A stretch of DNA of 64,000 bases from an uncultured bacterium (GCA_963705505.1 CAVPJU010000003.1:32001-96000), one strand, 5' to 3'; shown: positions 21,115 to 30,742, numbered from the stretch's first letter. The notes: generated by a model not told the origin, from the letters alone. A program made the numbers and translations.

Positions 21115-21214
21115 GAGTTACCCCTGTGTAAATTTCTGATCCTGAGTAATTTACACGGGATTTTTTAACCTTGCCAAATTTTATGGAGCGCAATAAACGA
21201 GAATCTGCATACCC

Positions 21215-22420
21215 TCAGCCCAGCAGCGTATCCACCGTATGACGGGCGAAGGCCATTGAGCACGTAAACGCTGGGGATATCGCGTTCAATATATGGAGCG
21301 AATCGCCTTCCTTTATTATTACGAAGTCGGTTACGAGTTTTTTCGCCGGCCAATCGACGAGCTGGGGGCGTATGCCGCACTTTGGAGTATCTTCTACATC
21401 GCTTATGCTTATCTCAGGCAGAAGCCCCCTCGCCTCTTTCAGCAATGTCTCGGCGGAATACTTTCTGATCTCCGTCAGCGCAGCCGCTCTGAACCCCTCG
21501 TTCGTGAAAAACATCACGCCGTCCCTGTAGAGTATCGAAAGAGATTCGAGAGAGAGGTCATCGAGAAACCCGTATTCCTCCCTGCCGAGAACAGGGATCG
21601 CCGTAGGACCAATGTACACGTCGTCATGGGCGCTCCTCGTGAAATGCACTCCGAGGAATGGGTTCCTCAAGTCGGGTACGGGATAAATGTTCCCCCTGAC
21701 GAGGTAGGACTTTTCCTTTTTCAGTTTCTTATACGTGCCCTTGAACGGCAGCACCCTGTAATTACCGCCTATCCCGAACGCAGCCGCCACCCTGTCGGCA
21801 AAAGTCCCCGCCGCGTTGACGAGATTACCGAAGGCGATATTCCCCGCACTTGTGACAGCAGTGCGCGAACCTTGGAGTCCGAGGAAAGATGTCCCGAAGA
21901 GGAACTTAACGCAGCCCCCTTCTTCGAGCTCTCTTTTGATTTCGTTAAGTATTTGGACGGGGTCTATGACTGCGGTGTCGGGGGAATATAGGGCTTTTTC
22001 TCTCGGCGCGGCGTACGGCTCGATCTCGAGCAGCTCCTTTCTGTCGATGAGGAAAGACCTCGCCCCGCATGAATCGGCACGGCGCTTAAGCTCATCGAGC
22101 GCGTCTTCCTTCTCGCCGCTGTCGGGCACTATCACCTTCCCGCTTTCTTTGAGCGTGAGCCCCCTTTCGCGGCAGTATTCCTTCATCAGCCGGTTGCCCT
22201 CGACGCAGAACCTGGCTTTGTTCGTCCCCGGCGAGTAATAGATCCCCGCGTGGAGCACTCCGCTATTCCTGCCGCTCGCGTGAGCGCCGAGCCCCGGCTC
22301 CTTCTCTATTACGAGAATATCGTCAGCCCCGCGCCTGACGAGCTCCCGCGCCGTAGCGAGGCCCGTTATCCCCGCGCCGACGATGAGAATATTGCAGCTC
22401 TCTACCTTATGCGCGCTCAT
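21215..22420 (-). CDS. lhgO: L-2-hydroxyglutarate oxidase
   Basis: GAGITG, HASGRNSGVLHAG.YY, IYPVPD...PFLGVHFT, LNAISPAFT. Confidence 0.88.
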   Translation of the reverse strand: MSAHKVESCNILIVGAGITGLATARELVRRGADDILVIEKEPGLGAHASGRNSGVLHAGIYYSPGTNKARFCVEGNRLMKEYCRERGLTLKESGKVIVPDSGEKEDALDELKRRADSCGARSFLIDRKELLEIEPYAAPREKALYSPDTAVIDPVQILNEIKRELEEGGCVKFLFGTSFLGLQGSRTAVTSAGNIAFGNLVNAAGTFADRVAAAFGIGGNYRVLPFKGTYKKLKKEKSYLVRGNIYPVPDLRNPFLGVHFTRSAHDDVYIGPTAIPVLGREEYGFLDDLSLESLSILYRDGVMFFTNEGFRAAALTEIRKYSAETLLKEARGLLPEISISDVEDTPKCGIRPQLVDWPAKKLVTDFVIIKEGDSLHILNAISPAFTCSMAFARHTVDTLLG

Positions 22421-22460
22421 ACTCGGTTTCTTCCCTACTCCGCATCATGCCTAATAATAA

Positions 22461-22545
22461 TGTCATTGCGAGGGAGCGTATGTGGCGACCGCGGCAATCT
22501 CATAAAAGGCGAGATCGCCACGTAGCTTCGCTACTCGCGATGACA
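22461..22545. repeat. long palindromic REP-like element
   Basis: TGTCATTGCGAG...GCAATCTC...GAGATCGC...CTCGCGATGACA; related copies at 28761 and 36691. Confidence 0.75.
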
Positions 22546-22564
22546 GAAAAAAGAGGTGCCCCGC

Positions 22565-23482
22565 TTAGTCTTTCTTCCTCTTCCGCCCGCTCACAGATTT
22601 CAACAACCATCCGACGATTGTGTCCACGGTGAAGGAGGGGTTTTCCATGCAGTCGTGCTTGGCCCCGGGGATGAACGATAGTTCAGCTTTTTTGTTCCCC
22701 GATTTTTTCAGTATGCCGAGAAGCTCCTGAACTTCCTCCGCCGCGACGACGTCGTCCCTCTCCCCGTGTATGAACAGCACCGGGACCTTCACGCCCGGAA
22801 TTATCTCGTTCGTCTTCGCGTTGAGCGCCTCGGGGCTCCTCATGTACCACCACGTCCTGTAAGTGAACATCTCAGCGTCAGACGGGTTGAACGAAGGCCC
22901 CCACGCCCTGTACACGATGAATATCCTGTCGTTCTTAGTCTCCGAAGGGTCGTGGCTGAGCACCTTTTTCGCTATATCGTATATGTGCTCGTAGGAGGGG
23001 ATGCTATTCCACTTATCGAGCCTCCGCTTGTGGGAGAGCGGCAGGGACGAGGAGCACCCTTCGAGAATAAGCCCTTTCACGTTCTTATGCGCCCCGCGAA
23101 CGGCGTAATATACGGTGATATTCGCCCCGAGGCTCCAGCCGAGGACATAGATTTTTTTAAAGCCTTCACCGACGAGGGCATCGACCGCGGCTTCTATGTC
23201 GAGGACCGAGTCGTCGAATATGCCTCCCCCGAATATCTGGCCCGTGAACGCGAGTCTTGTATTTATAGACAGCGAGCTAATACCCCGCTCGACGAGCGCG
23301 TTCGGGAGGAGTCTCGGAGTCCCCCTCGCGAGGAAATGCCCGAGCACCCCGTGGACGAGGAGCACTATGGGAGAGTTATAGAGGTCTTTTTCCTTTTTGA
23401 ATTCGCCCGACACGAGGACCGCGTTTATAAGAAAACCGTCCGCGGCGTTAAAGGTGAGTAGTCTTCTTTGTCTCGGAACCAT
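22565..23482 (-). CDS. alpha/beta hydrolase (paralog 2)
   Basis: VHG, GWSLG nucleophile elbow, HGERDD acid, AKH. Confidence 0.85.
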   Translation of the reverse strand: MVPRQRRLLTFNAADGFLINAVLVSGEFKKEKDLYNSPIVLLVHGVLGHFLARGTPRLLPNALVERGISSLSINTRLAFTGQIFGGGIFDDSVLDIEAAVDALVGEGFKKIYVLGWSLGANITVYYAVRGAHKNVKGLILEGCSSSLPLSHKRRLDKWNSIPSYEHIYDIAKKVLSHDPSETKNDRIFIVYRAWGPSFNPSDAEMFTYRTWWYMRSPEALNAKTNEIIPGVKVPVLFIHGERDDVVAAEEVQELLGILKKSGNKKAELSFIPGAKHDCMENPSFTVDTIVGWLLKSVSGRKRKKD

Positions 23483-23497
23483 TTTGCGGCATCCCCG

Positions 23498-24418
23498 CTA
23501 GCTTTTGAATCTCTTGTCGAGCCACCTGACGATGATCTCCCCGAGCTCTTCTTCTTTGCCCTCGAACGTGTGCCCCGCGTTTACGTAGAAAGCGGAGACG
23601 TCCTGGTTTCCCGCCTGTATCGCGATGTCGGCGAGCCTGTGCGTCTCCTCGGGCTTTACGACGTCGTCATACCAGCCCTGTATCAGGAGGAGCGGCAGCT
23701 TTATCCTCTCCATCTTGAGATACGCTTTGGCGGTGTCGGCCTCGGGCCCGGCGAGGAACCACCACGTCTTATACGTGTAGATCTCGGTGTGCCAGGGGAG
23801 GTAGGTGTTCCCCCGGCCTTTATAAATCAGGATCGTGCGGTCGTGCTGTGAATTATAAGGGTCGGGCTTCAGTATCTCCTTCGACTCTTCATATACCTCG
23901 TCGTAGGATGGCTCGCTCCTCCACCTGTTCCAGCGCTTCCTTATGGACTCGGGCATCGAATAGGGAGTGGCGAGCGACATGACTCCTTTCAGGTGCGGGT
24001 ACCGCTCGGGGTCGTTCCTGAGATACGCGTACCTGAGCACTATGCACGTGCCGAGGCTGTAGCCGGAAATTATGATTTTTTTATACCCCATGCCGACCAG
24101 GTAATCGACGGCGCTGTCTATCTGCGGCATCACGTCGTCTATTATCCCGTAGCCGAAGAAGAGGCCGAAGTTAGCCATGCGTGTGTTTATGGCGAGGGAG
24201 GAATAGCCGCCCTCGGCGAGTATCGGAGGGAGGAATCGCTGGCTCCCGTCGAGGAAATTCCCGAGGAAGCCGTGGACATGGACAATCGCCGTGTCCTTTT
24301 CCGGAAGACGGTCGTCCCTGACAGTGCTGTGGTAGTAGAGGGCGTCTATCTTGCCGTCGCCCGAGGGTATGGACACAAGCTCCTGCTCCATGTATTTCAT
24401 ATCAGTATCCGCACACAC
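23498..24418 (-). CDS. alpha/beta hydrolase (paralog 1)
   Basis: VHG, GYSLG, QGWYDD, AGH; start may be a few codons downstream (MKYM). Confidence 0.85.
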   Translation of the reverse strand: MCADTDMKYMEQELVSIPSGDGKIDALYYHSTVRDDRLPEKDTAIVHVHGFLGNFLDGSQRFLPPILAEGGYSSLAINTRMANFGLFFGYGIIDDVMPQIDSAVDYLVGMGYKKIIISGYSLGTCIVLRYAYLRNDPERYPHLKGVMSLATPYSMPESIRKRWNRWRSEPSYDEVYEESKEILKPDPYNSQHDRTILIYKGRGNTYLPWHTEIYTYKTWWFLAGPEADTAKAYLKMERIKLPLLLIQGWYDDVVKPEETHRLADIAIQAGNQDVSAFYVNAGHTFEGKEEELGEIIVRWLDKRFKS

Positions 24419-24540
24419 AATGTTCGCTTATACATGATTTCCGCATTAATCTTCTGCCTAGCCGATAAGAGCGTCATGTGCCTGTGCCGTTCTTATTCTG
24501 TGCATTTCCGAATATCATATAGAAAAGCATTGTTTAAAAT

Positions 24541-24570
24541 CCACCCTAACCCTCCTTTACGAAAGGAGGG
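24541..24570. repeat. REP-like hairpin
   Basis: CCACCCTAACCCTCCTTTACGAAAGGAGGG; same family as 6357 and 28726. Confidence 0.6.
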
Positions 24571-24669
24571 AAATAAAAGACGAGAAAAATTATCTCTATT
24601 TTAGCAGAGATTTCGGTTCGGAGAATAGCTGAGGAAATAATTGAGGAAGTAGTTAGTCACGGACGGAAT

Positions 24670-24888
24670 TCAAACAGGCTCGGAAAAATAACTGCCGGGC
24701 TCGCTTATCACCCTGTCGGCGAAGTGCTTGGCCTCTTCCCAGGTGGACGACTTCCCGAGCTCAAGCACCCTTTTCGATAAAACGCCCTGCGCGAAAAGGG
24801 TCTTCGTCTTCGGGTCCCAGATTATCTGCCAGTTGTCCTGGCCGGCCCCCCTCACCCAGCCGAAGGGAAATGTTCCGACTTCGCCCAA
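24670..24888 (-). CDS. hypothetical 72-aa protein
   Basis: TTG start with GGAG upstream; Trp-rich globular-looking sequence filling an intergenic gap. Confidence 0.55.
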   Translation of the reverse strand: MGEVGTFPFGWVRGAGQDNWQIIWDPKTKTLFAQGVLSKRVLELGKSSTWEEAKHFADRVISEPGSYFSEPV

Positions 24889-24977
24889 TTATGAATACTC
24901 CGGTACTGAGGATTAGCACCCGGTCTCGGGTGCGCAAGAGTAAATTATTACCAATCCGGCTTTTGTCAAGCCGAGGG

Positions 24978-25724
24978 TTAATGTATCTCCCTCACGACTT
25001 CCCTCGTACCCATGGGGTTCGTGAAGACGACCTGCGTGAAGCCGCAATCCTTCATCCTCTCCATTGCCGTCCTGCCGTCAGACACGGTAAGCAGGAACGG
25101 CGCGATGAACGACTTCTGAAAAGGGCAGTTGAGGCATGTGAAAACTATGACCTCGTTCAAGTCCCCCCTCGATGAAATCCGGATAGTGGGATAGTCCTTC
25201 TGGTACTGCGCGCTCCAGTCGTTTATGCAGACAAGCCTGTTCGGGTCCGGGAATACTTTCGGCACTTCGACGACGATCGCCTCGGACCCCCTCATCCCCT
25301 TGAATACCGCCTGTGTGAAGCCGCATTCATGGAGCCTCATCATCCCTGTTTCCCCCCTGTACTCGGTCTCGAGGAACGGCTTTACAAAATGCTCGTCGAG
25401 GCTGCAGTCGGGACAGTGAAATACCGCGATCTCGTTATAGTGCCCCCTCGTAGTCACTTCGATATCCGCCTTCTGCCCCTTATAAAGCTTCGTCCACTGC
25501 TCGGCGCAGTAAAGACGCTGAGGCTCGGGCTCGATATCAGCCTCTTCAACTTTCTCCGCCTCTCCCATGGTCTCGACCGGAGCGTTCTCAGCGCGATGAG
25601 AATGCTTGGCGGTACCGGCCGCGTGGGATTTCGTGATGCCGTAACCGCATAGGAACACCGCTATTAATGTAAAACTCAAGAGACTATGGATATGCCTCAT
25701 TCCAGTCATCCTCCTCTGTTCCAC
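24978..25724 (-). CDS. exported protein with two tandem Cys-containing domains
   Basis: Signal-peptide-like N-terminus; internal duplication RL.C...W...Y.....I....RG..NE..VF.C..C.....F..PFL.....G.T.M.R...CGFTQ.VF; exact start uncertain. Confidence 0.75.
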   Translation of the reverse strand: MEQRRMTGMRHIHSLLSFTLIAVFLCGYGITKSHAAGTAKHSHRAENAPVETMGEAEKVEEADIEPEPQRLYCAEQWTKLYKGQKADIEVTTRGHYNEIAVFHCPDCSLDEHFVKPFLETEYRGETGMMRLHECGFTQAVFKGMRGSEAIVVEVPKVFPDPNRLVCINDWSAQYQKDYPTIRISSRGDLNEVIVFTCLNCPFQKSFIAPFLLTVSDGRTAMERMKDCGFTQVVFTNPMGTREVVREIH

Positions 25725-25864
25725 TTATTTTACAGCATTTCGAGGATATATGGAATACCTTATAGTAATACATTAATTTCGCCCTAAAACCTACGGGGGA
25801 TAAAGGAGGAATACTATTTTGTCCGGCATGTCCCGCTTAAGCTAAAATGTACGGAGCCGGGCAC

Positions 25865-26479
25865 TCAATCAATCCCCGAACGGAGCCCCTCGAGGTCCCT
25901 GTGTATCTCCCTCGCCTCCGACCTGAACTCGTCGAGGCCCGAGAGCATCCGAGCGTCACAACCCGCCCGTTTCCTTTTGAAAATCGGGGAATGGATGAGA
26001 CAAACGCCGAGTCCGAGCCACGCTCCCCAAAAGACCCACGCAACGAAAACCGACCCGGAGTATATCAATATAAGTAAGCCTATATATTTGCCCGACAGTA
26101 TCACTAACGGGAAAATGATTACTCCCTTCAGCGTCGAAATAATAGCCGATAACAGACCGCCCGACCGCCCGCCTGAACCCGAGAGCCCGCCTCCGAGGCT
26201 CGCCCCGGCGAGTATCCCCGCAAGCAGGGGGAACATCGGCGAGATCAGCAGATATATGAACCCCGATATGAATCCCGTGAATGCCGCCCTCGTTAGCGAT
26301 ACCCCGCTCCCGCTGTAAATCGCGGACACGGCGGCGACGCCGGTCAGGAGCGCAGGATAGAAAAACATATGACCGAGAGGCAGGTTATTGAGCAGAGTGT
26401 ATCCCAGTAAGAATGTTATCACTCCCCATGCGCCTGAGAGGAGTACCGGGACTGTGAGTGATTTGAATCGGGCGTTCAT
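25865..26479 (-). CDS. hypothetical multi-pass membrane protein
   Basis: About 6 Gly-rich hydrophobic segments; AAGGAG RBS; directly downstream of vWA gene. Confidence 0.75.
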   Translation of the reverse strand: MNARFKSLTVPVLLSGAWGVITFLLGYTLLNNLPLGHMFFYPALLTGVAAVSAIYSGSGVSLTRAAFTGFISGFIYLLISPMFPLLAGILAGASLGGGLSGSGGRSGGLLSAIISTLKGVIIFPLVILSGKYIGLLILIYSGSVFVAWVFWGAWLGLGVCLIHSPIFKRKRAGCDARMLSGLDEFRSEAREIHRDLEGLRSGID

Positions 26480-26537
26480 TTTTATCTCCTTTCAAACGGG
26501 GAGCGGTCATTCTCACCGCCCCCATGGATTCTCTTCT

Positions 26538-27950
26538 CTACTTCTGAGCTTCCCTCGCGTTTGCCTTCTGTTCTTTTATGAGCTTCTTTCCGTCGTCGGA
26601 TGCAGGAGCAGGCGCTGCGGGGGACGACATGTTCGTGAGCGCATCTCTAAGCTCCGCTTCCTGCTCCGCGGTCTTCGCGTTCCCGTAGGGGCTCCTGTTG
26701 AGGTTCGCGACGCTTTCGTAGGCCCTCTTTATTTTGGAAACAGCGCTCTCCCTGTCTCCCTCCTCGTACGCCGTGGTCGCCTGGTAGTATTCCCCTGAGG
26801 CGTCGACAGATACCCACCTCGCGGTAACGTCCTTGTTCTCGTTCTGAGCGACCTTGTCCTTATCTTCCGTCACCCGGTAAGAGAGCATCGTGTTAAGCCC
26901 CGAGGCTTTGTTCTCCCTGAGCAGGTCGGTGAATTCGAGGGACGCAGTGCCGAGGTCTTTCATTCCGGCCGCCTCTGCGGGGACCTTGAATTTCACGAGT
27001 ATGTCCCTCTCCTGACCGCCGAAGAAATCACCGAGCTTGATCTCGACCTTTCCGCCAGCCGTCTTCGTGTACGTGTAACCGTACACCTCATCGACTGCGA
27101 CGCCCGGAGCGAGAGCGAGCTTTATGACGGGGTCCTTCGCGACCGTGGCTGCGATCTGTCCGAACTCCTTTTGAAAAATGCCCGTAAGCTGCGTGGGTGA
27201 TTCTATGAAGTAGTAATTCCCCGCTCCGTACTCGGCGAGGTTCATCATGAGGTTCTCGTCGTAATCGACTCCGAGACCCATCGTCGTGATGTGTATGCCC
27301 TTCTCGGACGCCCGGCTCGCAACCCTGCCGAGCTCGCCCAGGTCCGTGATACCGACGTTCGCGAGCCCGTCGGAAAGGAGTATGACGCGGTTTACGTATC
27401 CCCCGCGCTCTATAGAATCCAGCTGCTCTATGCCCGCCGTGAGTCCGCCCGAGAGGTTGGTAGATTCAGTAGGATAGAGCGAATCGACGACCGTTATCGC
27501 TCCGTCCTTATTCTTTAAGAACTGTATCGGGTACAGGAGCTCGACCTCCGTCGAATATGCCACGACCGCGAGCCTGTCCTCTTTATTGAGCCCGGCGATT
27601 ATCTGCTTCGCCGCCTCCTTCGCGTACTCGATCTTCCCCTTATCACTCATCGAGCCGCTGCGGTCTATAACGAGGACGAGGTTAACGGGTGTCCTCTGCT
27701 GGAGTTGGCCCTCCTTGCCCTTTATCCTCATGTTGAGCATCAATTCCCGGTCCGAGCCTTTCTCGACGAACGGGTGGCTCAGCCTGAGGTCCCACGTGAC
27801 CGTATCGGTATTTGAAGTCGTCACCGTTTTCTTGTCCTCCTCGTTTGGTTTTGGTATAGTCGGGAAGGCCGAGATATATTTCCCTCCCGCGAGTATTGCA
27901 AATACGATCAGGAAAATCCCGATTATGAGCTTATTCTTATCCTTATTCAT
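26538..27950 (-). CDS. exported/membrane-anchored von Willebrand factor A domain protein (YfbK-like)
   Basis: N-terminal hydrophobic segment; MIDAS DRSGS, STNL, LLSDG.AN.G, GAGNYYFI. Confidence 0.9.
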   Translation of the reverse strand: MNKDKNKLIIGIFLIVFAILAGGKYISAFPTIPKPNEEDKKTVTTSNTDTVTWDLRLSHPFVEKGSDRELMLNMRIKGKEGQLQQRTPVNLVLVIDRSGSMSDKGKIEYAKEAAKQIIAGLNKEDRLAVVAYSTEVELLYPIQFLKNKDGAITVVDSLYPTESTNLSGGLTAGIEQLDSIERGGYVNRVILLSDGLANVGITDLGELGRVASRASEKGIHITTMGLGVDYDENLMMNLAEYGAGNYYFIESPTQLTGIFQKEFGQIAATVAKDPVIKLALAPGVAVDEVYGYTYTKTAGGKVEIKLGDFFGGQERDILVKFKVPAEAAGMKDLGTASLEFTDLLRENKASGLNTMLSYRVTEDKDKVAQNENKDVTARWVSVDASGEYYQATTAYEEGDRESAVSKIKRAYESVANLNRSPYGNAKTAEQEAELRDALTNMSSPAAPAPASDDGKKLIKEQKANAREAQK

Positions 27951-28612
27951 TTCTTACCGCCTCCCTTGTTTATATTCTTTTTAAGCATCTCGACTTCTTC
28001 CGCGATGAGCTTCTCCTCCCTCTCCCACGCCTCTTTTTCCTTTTCCCGCGCCATGCTGAAGGACTCGCTCTCCTCTTCCACACGCTCCTCGATCTTCCTG
28101 AAAACGCTGAAAGGCTCATCCGTGAGGGATTCGGGGCATCCGGTGATGTCCTCTTTCCCGGCGGGCGCCCCCTTTGCGAGGCTTATTTCCCTGAGCAGGA
28201 GAGTCCGCTTCGTCTTCGCCGCCTGCACGCGGTTCTCAAGCCCGGCGTACCGCTCTTCATAGTCCCTCAGCTTCGACCTGTCTTTCGTGAGGTTTATGCC
28301 GAGCCTCCTCTCCTTCTCTTCGAGAATCCTCCTCTTCCTCACGGCTTCTCTCGCGTTCTCGTCCATCCCCTTGCCGACGTAATCCTCCGCCCTCTCCTGC
28401 CAGTATCCGATCTGCTCGCGGGTTCTCTTCGAGAGCTTCGCCTGCTCGTCTATCCTGAACCTGAGCGCGCCTATCTTGACCCTCGCTTTCTCGAGCCCCT
28501 CCTCCATCTCCTCCACGGCCTGGTTCAATATCTTCTCCGGGTCCTCCGCCCTCGACACCCAGTCGTTAAACTGAGACTTCACTATCACTCCGACTCTCTT
28601 CTTGAATCCCAT
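27947..28612 (-). CDS. PspA/IM30 (bacterial ESCRT-III) family protein
   Basis: MGF.KR...I.KS.FN.....AEDPEK.L.Q...EM, W...A......G.E..AREA..RK; coiled coil; overlaps vWA start. Confidence 0.88.
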   Translation of the reverse strand: MGFKKRVGVIVKSQFNDWVSRAEDPEKILNQAVEEMEEGLEKARVKIGALRFRIDEQAKLSKRTREQIGYWQERAEDYVGKGMDENAREAVRKRRILEEKERRLGINLTKDRSKLRDYEERYAGLENRVQAAKTKRTLLLREISLAKGAPAGKEDITGCPESLTDEPFSVFRKIEERVEEESESFSMAREKEKEAWEREEKLIAEEVEMLKKNINKGGGKK

Positions 28613-28645
28613 GACTTCTCTCCTTACTGCGGATTTAAGGATTAT

Positions 28646-28671
28646 TACGAACGGGGGGGAGGAAAGTTTTA
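28646..28671 (-). promoter_or_regulatory. ECF sigma promoter (SigW-like) for pspA-vWA operon
   Basis: Minus strand TAAAAC-N16-CGTA, same as site upstream of the sigma gene. Confidence 0.75.
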
Positions 28672-28725
28672 CACACCTAGTGTGTTTCTACGATTGCTGC
28701 GTTATTCCTCTGCTTCTTATTAATT

Positions 28726-28886
28726 CCCTCCCCTTTGAAGGGGGAGGGTTCGGGTGGGGGTGTCATTGCGAGCGTAGCGAAATGGAGCGCGGCAATCTCA
28801 AAGAAACAGAGAGATCGCCACGGCCACTCACGTGGCCTCGCGAAGACAGAAACAATTTGTCATTTCGACCGGAGGGAGAAATGACA
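28726..28886. repeat. cluster of three REP-like elements
   Basis: CCCTCCCCTTTGAAGGGGAGGG-type hairpin; TGTCATTGCGAG...CTCGCGAAGACA; TGTCATTTCGACCGGAGGGAGAAATGACA. Confidence 0.75.
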
Positions 28887-28935
28887 GGGAAGGCACTGTC
28901 AGTTAGTAAGGAGAGATTTAAGACCGCAAAGATTC

Positions 28936-29967
28936 TCAGTTCACCGGACCCGGCGTGGGGTTCGCACTCCCGAGCCTCTCGACCGACTTCTGCTTGAGCT
29001 CCATTATCCTGCTGTTGGCAAAGGAGGTCTCGGCGGGCGAGACCTGCTGGAGCTGATTGTAATTCATGAGGGCCTTATCGAGCTTCCCCTCCTTCTCGTA
29101 GCACTCGGCAAGCGAGCGGTAGGACTGCGCGCGCACGTATCGAGGCGGCTCGGGATCGGATTTCAACAAATCCTCGTTCGTCTTTATGGAGGACTCGCAG
29201 TCCCCCTCCGTCTGCTGCTTGAGAGCGAGGCTCAGTTGACCGCTATAGTCCTTCACATTCTCGACCGATGCCGCTTCTGATTGCGAGGATGCGGGCACCT
29301 CTTCAGGAGCGGATTTTTTCGCTGCGGTATCGAGGAGCGCCGATTCTTTATTGTCTGCGTCCCGCTCCCTGTCACCCGTCAGGCCCGCTTCATTCCCGGC
29401 GGCGGAGTACATTTCCTTAGACGGCGGAGGCGGCGCTGCAGGAGCCGGGCTTAGCTGGTTTTCATGAGCCTCCCTCTCGCGCAATGCGAGTGAAGACTCC
29501 GCTGATTCGGAATATCGGGTCGATTCCCTTTTCAATTCAGGGACAGCCTGCCCCCTCGTCTCCATGTGGCTTCCGGGCTCTTTCACCTTGCTCGCCATGA
29601 CGTCCCTCGAAATCGTATCCGTGTACGGTCTCTCACCGTGGCCGTAATAGAACCAGACCATGAGCGCGATAGTAGCGGAGAGTGCGGGTATGAGGATCGG
29701 CGAATAGGGCCACCTCTTCCAGAACGGGCGCCTGTCCCCGGCGACCTTTTCCCTCGCGGCTCTGGACAACCTGGCCATGACTTCGGGCGAAGGCTCGGGC
29801 AGAGCGGCATCCTCCGTCACGGCCCTCCTTATCTCGGCGTATTCCTCGTATTCCCTCATGCACGCTTCACAGCCCCGGAGGTGCTCCATTACGGCGTCCC
29901 TCTCTTCAGGGCTAAGCTCGCCGTGTATAAGCTCGACCAATATCTCGCTGCATCTATCGCAATTCAT
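28936..29967 (-). CDS. ZAS (zf-HC2) anti-sigma factor with TM helix and C-terminal TPR-like helices
   Basis: MNC...GEL...HLRGCEAC (Hx3Cx2C), one TM, low-complexity linker, SYRSLAECY...G..DKA...Y. Confidence 0.88.
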   Translation of the reverse strand: MNCDRCSEILVELIHGELSPEERDAVMEHLRGCEACMREYEEYAEIRRAVTEDAALPEPSPEVMARLSRAAREKVAGDRRPFWKRWPYSPILIPALSATIALMVWFYYGHGERPYTDTISRDVMASKVKEPGSHMETRGQAVPELKRESTRYSESAESSLALREREAHENQLSPAPAAPPPPSKEMYSAAGNEAGLTGDRERDADNKESALLDTAAKKSAPEEVPASSQSEAASVENVKDYSGQLSLALKQQTEGDCESSIKTNEDLLKSDPEPPRYVRAQSYRSLAECYEKEGKLDKALMNYNQLQQVSPAETSFANSRIMELKQKSVERLGSANPTPGPVN

Positions 29968-29976
29968 CTTTTCCCT

Positions 29977-30612
29977 TTACACCCCTCTCGCTTTCTGCCT
30001 GTCCTCAAAATATCCCGACTCCGCGAAGACCTGCCTCAGCCCCTTGTACGCGTATCTGAGACGGCTCTTTACGGTGCCGAGCGGCGATTCCGTGACCATC
30101 GCGATCTCCTCGAGCGATAGCCCCTCGACTTCTCTCAGTAAAAATACTTCCCTGAACTCCTCTTTCAACCCCTTGACCCCGATATCGATGAGGGCCTTCA
30201 CTTCGAGATCGAACGCCTTCTCTTCCTGGTCCCTCTCCTCGCTCCGCACTATCTCGAGGACGACCGCCCCGCCCTCCTCGCCGCCTGAGAGCGGCGCGTC
30301 TAACGAGCTGTGCCTCCTGTAGCTCTCGGTCCGGAGATAATCTATGCAGTGGTTCCGCGCTATGCTGTAAAGCCACGTCGAGAACTTCTGAGACGGGTCG
30401 TACCTTTTTCTCCGCTCTATCACCTTCAAAAATATCTCCTGGAGCAGGTCCTCCGCCTGGGTCTTCTGCACCCCGGTCATCTTCATAATGAACCTGAGCA
30501 CACCGGCTCCGTGCCGGCTGAGGAGAGTGTCGAAGCTCCCCTCGTCGCCCATCTGAAATTTCCGCATAGCCTCTTCGTCCGATAATCCGCTTCTCAGCTC
30601 TATTCCAAACAC
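29977..30612 (-). CDS. ECF RNA polymerase sigma factor
   Basis: AEDLLQEIF, FSTWLYSIARN.CID..R, REVF.LRE.EGLS.EEIA.....PLGTVKSRL. Confidence 0.95.
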   Translation of the reverse strand: MFGIELRSGLSDEEAMRKFQMGDEGSFDTLLSRHGAGVLRFIMKMTGVQKTQAEDLLQEIFLKVIERRKRYDPSQKFSTWLYSIARNHCIDYLRTESYRRHSSLDAPLSGGEEGGAVVLEIVRSEERDQEEKAFDLEVKALIDIGVKGLKEEFREVFLLREVEGLSLEEIAMVTESPLGTVKSRLRYAYKGLRQVFAESGYFEDRQKARGV

Positions 30613-30652
30613 CTGGCGTCCGTCCGGGACCGCATGCTTTATAGGTTAATTA

Positions 30653-30678
30653 TACGATGGAAAAGGGAGAAAGTTTTA
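30653..30678 (-). promoter_or_regulatory. ECF sigma autoregulatory promoter (SigW-like)
   Basis: Minus strand TAAAAC-N16-CGTA, 41 nt upstream of the sigma start. Confidence 0.75.
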
Positions 30679-30742
30679 AAGCCTGCCGTTAGATTCGAAT
30701 TACAACACAGGGAAGCTCGTAAAGGAATAGTGGAGTACCGAG

